Assembly (NCBI GenBank): GCA_963695095.1
Contig: CAVOFT010000001.1
Coordinates: 1,696,001 to 1,760,000, forward strand
Length of the DNA stretch: 64,000 nucleotides
Source: an uncultured bacterium
GTDB taxonomy: Bacteria; Krumholzibacteriota; Krumholzibacteriia; JACNKJ01
Reading direction: 5' to 3'
The position numbers and the translations under genes were made by a program. Within the stretch, counting starts at the first letter, position 1; the number at the start of each line of letters is the position of its first letter. The notes beneath the pieces are model-generated. The model was not told the origin of the DNA. It was given only the letters and a program-made list of their open reading frames with translations, and searched no databases. Positions 59,850 through 64,000 of this stretch are shown here, in pieces.

Positions 59850-62800
59850 ATGAGCCAGAGCGCGAACGGCAATCCCTGGCGCGAGCTCGAGCGCGAACTC
59901 AACCCTCGCCAGCGCGAGGCCGTCTTCAGCACGGCTGCGCATTGCCTGGTGCTGGCCGGCCCGGGCACGGGCAAGACGCGCACGCTCGTCAATCGCGCGG
60001 TCTATCTCGTCAGCGCGGCCGGCGAGGAGCCGGGGGCCATCCTGACGCTCACCTTCACGCGCAAGGCCGCGCAGGTGATGCTGGAGCGGCTCGCGCGCTA
60101 CCTCGGCGAGAGCGCGGGCGCCCTGCGCACGGGCACCTTCCACCATTTCTGCCTCGAGCTGCTGCGCGGGCAGGCCGGTCGGGGGGCGGTGCCCCGCGAC
60201 TTCAGCGTGGCGGACGAAGCGCGGCAACTGCGCGCGCTCGAGCGCGCCTGGAACCGCCTCGACTTCTCGGCCCGGCCGCCGGACGAGCGCGAGCTGCGCT
60301 TCCTGCTGGGCCGCTTCGGCGCCCATCGCGCCCAGCGCGAGCCCGGGCAGCTCAGCGCGCTGCAGCTGGAGCTCTTCGCCGAGTACCAGCGCCTCCTGCG
60401 CGATGAGCGCGCCATCGACTTCGACGACATTCTCGATCTCAGCCGGCAGCTGCTCACGGAGGACGCGGCGCTGCTGGCCGCCACGCGCGCGCGCTGGCGC
60501 CGCGTGCTCGTCGACGAGTTCCAGGACACGGATGCGCTCCAGTACCAGCTCCTGCGCCTGCTGGTGCCGGCCGCCGGCAGCAGCTTCGTCGTCGCCGACG
60601 ACCAGCAGTCCATCTACGCCTGGCGGGGCGCCGACCGCCGTAACGTCGCGCGCTACCGCGAGGATTACGCGCCGGTCGAATTGCGCCTGGAGGAGAACTA
60701 CCGCAATCGCGACGCCATCCTGGGCGGCGCGCTGGCGGTGCTGGCCGCGGGCGGCGAGCCCCCGCGCGAACTCGTCAGCCGCGCGCCCGGCACAGGCAGC
60801 CTGCGCCTGGAGGCCTTTCCCAGCGAGCGCGAGGAGGCCGACTTCCTCGCCGCGGACATCCGCCGCGCCCGCGCTCGCGAGCGGCGCCTGCGCTGGGGAG
60901 ACATCGCCATCCTCTACCCCAAGCACGCGATCGGCGAGTACCTGGAGACCCGGCTGATGGCCGAGCGCCTGCCCGTCGAGCTGGTCTCCGGCCGGGCCCT
61001 GCTCGCGCAGGAGCGCATCCGGCGCGTGGTGGCCGCCCTGCGCCTGCTCCGCCACGGCGGCGACGACGAGGCCCTGGCCACCCTGCTCGCCGGCCAGCTC
61101 GACGAGAGCGCCTATGCCCTGCTCCGGCGCGTCGCCCGTCACGCCGGCGACTCCCTGCGCGCCGGCCTCGACCGCCTGCTGCGCGGGGCGGGCCAGCTGC
61201 GCAGCTTGCGCGAGCGCTGGCAGGCCTTTCAGGCGGGTCCCGGGGCCGAAGCGGCGGACGACGCCCGCTGGCTGGCCGCCTGGCGGGCGGCCTTCCCGGC
61301 GGGCTACGAGCTCGAGGCCTACCTCGATGCGGAGGGCGCCGGCCTGGAGATCGCCGCCCCGGCCGAGATCGATGCCGGGGCGCAGCGGCGGGCCCTCCTC
61401 GCGGCCGGCGAGCGCCTCGAACAGCTCTCGCGCCTGCCCTGGCTGCTCGATGGCGTCGTGGCTCGCCTGGGCAACCTCCGCGCCGGCCAGGGGGGACGCA
61501 GCCTGAGTCAGCTCGTGCGCGAGATCCTCCTGGACTTCGTCGATCCGGACGCGGGCGCGGGCGAGCTGCCCGGTGACCCGGCCGCGGTGCCGGGGCTTGC
61601 GGCCCTGCTCGATGCGCTGCGCGAGCAGCTGCGGCGCGGGCGCCGCGTGCTCGTGGAGACGCCCGGCGCGCCGGCCGAGGCGAGCCAGCTGCTGGTGGAC
61701 CTGCTGCGCGGCGGGCTCGAGCCCTGGCACGCCCAGTGCCTCGTGGCCCGGGACGAGAAGGCAGGCTCGCCGCCCTCCGACAGCCTGCGCCTCTCGGCCG
61801 CGGGCGATCGCCTGCGCCTCACCGGTCTGCCGCAGGGTGCGCTGGAGGCCGGCGGCGCCCCGGCGGCGCTGCTCGTCTTTCGCCTCTACCAGCTGTGGCG
61901 GGGCGCCGAGCACCGGCCGCTCAAGGACTTCGTGCTCTTCGATCTCGAAACGACGGGGGTGGATCCCCAGCGCTGCGAGCTGATCGAGGTGGCGGCCATC
62001 CGCTACGAGGACGGCCGCGAGAGCGCGCACTACAGCTCGCTGCTGAGGCCGCAGGGAGCCATTCCCGCCGAGGCGACCCGGGTGCACGGCATCACGGACG
62101 CCATGGTGGCCGCCGCGCCCGCGCCCGCTCAGGCGCTGCCAGCCTTCCTCGCCTTTCTCGGCGAGCGCGATCTCGTGGCGCACAACGGCGCCAGCTTCGA
62201 CTTCCCCCTGCTGCGCCGGGTCGCGCGCGAGCAGGGCCTGGCGCCTCCGCGCAACGCCCTCTTCGACAGCCTGGCCCTGGCCCGGCGGCTCTTCCCCGGC
62301 GAGAAGAACGACCTGGGCGCCCTGATGGCCCGCTTCGGCGTCAAGGCCGCGGCGCGCCACCGGGCCCTCGAGGATTGCCGCGCGCTGGCGGCCGTCTTCG
62401 CCGAACTCCAGGCGGCGCAGCTGGCGGCGCTTCGCCGGCGAGTGGGCCGCGAGGCGCTCGCCCCCGCGGCGCTGGCCCTGCTGCTCATGGAGGGCGAGCG
62501 CTTGCAGGCGCTCGCCGCGCGCGACGCGGACAGCTACGCCCTCTTCCAGGCGGGGGTGCGCCGGCTCCTCGCCAGCGGCAGCGGCTGGCTCGACCGCCTG
62601 CTGCCCGGCGATGCCCAGGCGTCGCCCGCCGCCGCCCGCCGGGCCCTGGAGGCCGCCCTGCTCGCCGCCGCGGGGCTGGACGGCGAGGCGCCGGACCTCT
62701 TCACCGGCCTGCGCAGCGAAGAGGAGCGCTTCCTCGCCCTGGTGCCGCGCTTCGATGAGCTCTTCCTCGGCGATTCGCTGGCCGCCTTTCTCGATTTCCT

Positions 62801-63119
62801 CGCGCTCTACCAGGCGCCGGACCTGGCCGGGGGCGGCGACGCGGTGCAGCTGATGACCATCCATGCGGCGAAGGGCCTGGAGTTCGAGCGCGTCTACATC
62901 GTGGGCCTGGAGGAGAACGTGCTGCCCGGCTTCTACGCGCTGCGCTCGGGGGACCCGGAGGAGCTGGCCGAGGAGCGGCGCCTGCTCTTCGTGGCGATGA
63001 CGCGCGCGGCGAGCGCCCTCACCCTGACGCGCGTGGACAGCCGCGGCGGCTTTCGCCAGGCGCCCAGCCGCTTCCTGGCCGGCCTCGCCCCGGCGGGCAG
63101 CGAGGCGGCGGCGCCGTGA
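59850..63119 (+). CDS. UvrD/PcrA-like SF1 helicase with inserted DEDDh 3'-5' exonuclease domain
   Basis: AGPGTGKT, TFTRKAA, DEFQD, QSIY.WRGA, ENYR, TIHAAKGLEF, EERRL.FVAMTRA; exonuclease FDLETTG, HNGASFD, HRALED. Confidence 0.9.
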   Translation: MSQSANGNPWRELERELNPRQREAVFSTAAHCLVLAGPGTGKTRTLVNRAVYLVSAAGEEPGAILTLTFTRKAAQVMLERLARYLGESAGALRTGTFHHFCLELLRGQAGRGAVPRDFSVADEARQLRALERAWNRLDFSARPPDERELRFLLGRFGAHRAQREPGQLSALQLELFAEYQRLLRDERAIDFDDILDLSRQLLTEDAALLAATRARWRRVLVDEFQDTDALQYQLLRLLVPAAGSSFVVADDQQSIYAWRGADRRNVARYREDYAPVELRLEENYRNRDAILGGALAVLAAGGEPPRELVSRAPGTGSLRLEAFPSEREEADFLAADIRRARARERRLRWGDIAILYPKHAIGEYLETRLMAERLPVELVSGRALLAQERIRRVVAALRLLRHGGDDEALATLLAGQLDESAYALLRRVARHAGDSLRAGLDRLLRGAGQLRSLRERWQAFQAGPGAEAADDARWLAAWRAAFPAGYELEAYLDAEGAGLEIAAPAEIDAGAQRRALLAAGERLEQLSRLPWLLDGVVARLGNLRAGQGGRSLSQLVREILLDFVDPDAGAGELPGDPAAVPGLAALLDALREQLRRGRRVLVETPGAPAEASQLLVDLLRGGLEPWHAQCLVARDEKAGSPPSDSLRLSAAGDRLRLTGLPQGALEAGGAPAALLVFRLYQLWRGAEHRPLKDFVLFDLETTGVDPQRCELIEVAAIRYEDGRESAHYSSLLRPQGAIPAEATRVHGITDAMVAAAPAPAQALPAFLAFLGERDLVAHNGASFDFPLLRRVAREQGLAPPRNALFDSLALARRLFPGEKNDLGALMARFGVKAAARHRALEDCRALAAVFAELQAAQLAALRRRVGREALAPAALALLLMEGERLQALAARDADSYALFQAGVRRLLASGSGWLDRLLPGDAQASPAAARRALEAALLAAAGLDGEAPDLFTGLRSEEERFLALVPRFDELFLGDSLAAFLDFLALYQAPDLAGGGDAVQLMTIHAAKGLEFERVYIVGLEENVLPGFYALRSGDPEELAEERRLLFVAMTRAASALTLTRVDSRGGFRQAPSRFLAGLAPAGSEAAAP

Positions 63120-64000
63120 GCCCGCGCCGGCACTGGAGCCTGCCGCGCGGGCTGCTCCGCGCGCTGCGCGCGCTGGCCATCGCAGCGCTGGCGCTCCTCG
63201 TGCTGCGGGCCGTGGCGCTGCCGCTCGCGCGCCAGCGCCAGGCGCGGCGCGTGGAGAGCGCAACCCTCATCGCCCTGCTGCCCGCCGGCCTGGAGTCCTG
63301 GTGCCTCGAGCGTCCCGCGCTGCGGCGGGCGCCGGCCCTGCTCTGGCCCAGCCCTGAGGGTCGCCTGCGCGAGCGCGCGCTCGCCTGGGGCTTGCCGCTG
63401 GCGGCGCTGGAAGCCGACTCCCTGCTCAGGCTCACGCCCTTCGGCGGCGAGTGGCTCTGCGCGCGGCGCGCCGACGGAGCCTGGCTACTCGTCGGCGCGC
63501 GCGATCGCCTGGGCGTTGCCCAGCCGACGGTGGAGGGGGAGACGCTCAGCCTCCCGGCCAGGGGCATCAGCTTGCGCCTGGCCGGCACGCGCTTCCTCGT
63601 CGCCTCCGATCCGGCCCTGCTCGCTGCTGGGGGGCCGCGCTGGCTCGACGCCCAGCGGCCCTGGCTCGAGCGCGACGACCTGCTGCTGGGCGCGGACTGG
63701 CTGGAATTCCAGGCGGCCGGCGAGGGCGGCGCCCTGCTCGGCGCCAAGTGGCTGCGGCGCAGCCTCCTGTGCGAGGGCCTGGCCTGGGACTGCGCCGCGG
63801 GAGACGGCGACCGCCGGCTGGCCGCGCTCTGTCCGGGTCCCGCGCCGGCGCCCGTGCCGGATAGCCTCCTGGCGGCGCTGCCGCTCCTGCGCCGCAGCGG
63901 TCCCTTCGCTCCCGATGGGCGCGCGCTGCCCCTCGTGGCCAGCGGTCAGGCCGAGGCCGCGGGCCTCAGCAGCGCCGAGCGGCGCTGGCGCGCGGGGTCG
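63116..64000 (+). CDS. Hypothetical membrane-anchored protein (3' truncated by window)
   Basis: GTG overlaps the helicase stop; frame appears open towards the window end; N-terminal hydrophobic helix. Confidence 0.5.
   Translation, partial: MSPRRHWSLPRGLLRALRALAIAALALLVLRAVALPLARQRQARRVESATLIALLPAGLESWCLERPALRRAPALLWPSPEGRLRERALAWGLPLAALEADSLLRLTPFGGEWLCARRADGAWLLVGARDRLGVAQPTVEGETLSLPARGISLRLAGTRFLVASDPALLAAGGPRWLDAQRPWLERDDLLLGADWLEFQAAGEGGALLGAKWLRRSLLCEGLAWDCAAGDGDRRLAALCPGPAPAPVPDSLLAALPLLRRSGPFAPDGRALPLVASGQAEAAGLSSAERRWRAGS

Noticed and set aside
59685..63263. 1192-aa minus-strand ORF and many similar long antisense ORFs (e.g. 22033-24006, 27316-29532, 38992-40815)
   Set aside because: Antisense shadows of well-supported genes; no recognisable motifs

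Overview
Very GC-rich bacterial chromosome segment, about 65 genes. No rRNA, tRNA, CRISPR array or mobile element was recognised. Secreted proteins with C-terminal 'PNP(F)NP' FlgD-Ig/T9SS-like tails, Omp28-like proteins and beta-barrels suggest a diderm FCB-related lineage such as Krumholzibacteriota/Latescibacterota (inference only). 1-21 kb is a housekeeping run: EF-G paralog, yebC, ruvCAB, queA, tgt, yajC, def, fmt, rsmB, a PASTA protein, rpe, ffh, rpsP, khpA, rimM, trmD, rplS, rnhB, yraN, a WecA-like gene and comM. 21-34 kb holds envelope and secreted proteins. These include a four-gene operon (Omp28-like CxxC protein, secreted Ig/FlgD protein with ICVGDNC, TlpA thioredoxin, barrel with ICVGGVC) that is my best candidate for an undescribed trans-outer-membrane thiol relay. 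34-50 kb encodes an archaeal-type GAPDH-like enzyme, an MBL hydrolase, suhB, system II cytochrome c maturation, moaDE, pepA, two GT4s, acpS, an NYN nuclease, a transglutaminase and xth. 50-57 kb is an ArsR-psrABC-yeeE-yeeE/rhodanese-mobA sulfur respiration operon. 57-64 kb has a lipoprotein, a SpoU methylase, an OM protein and a UvrD helicase with an inserted DEDDh exonuclease. About 13 apparent frameshifts, several in essential or conserved genes, most likely reflect sequencing indels. All family calls come from motif recognition by eye, not from database searches.
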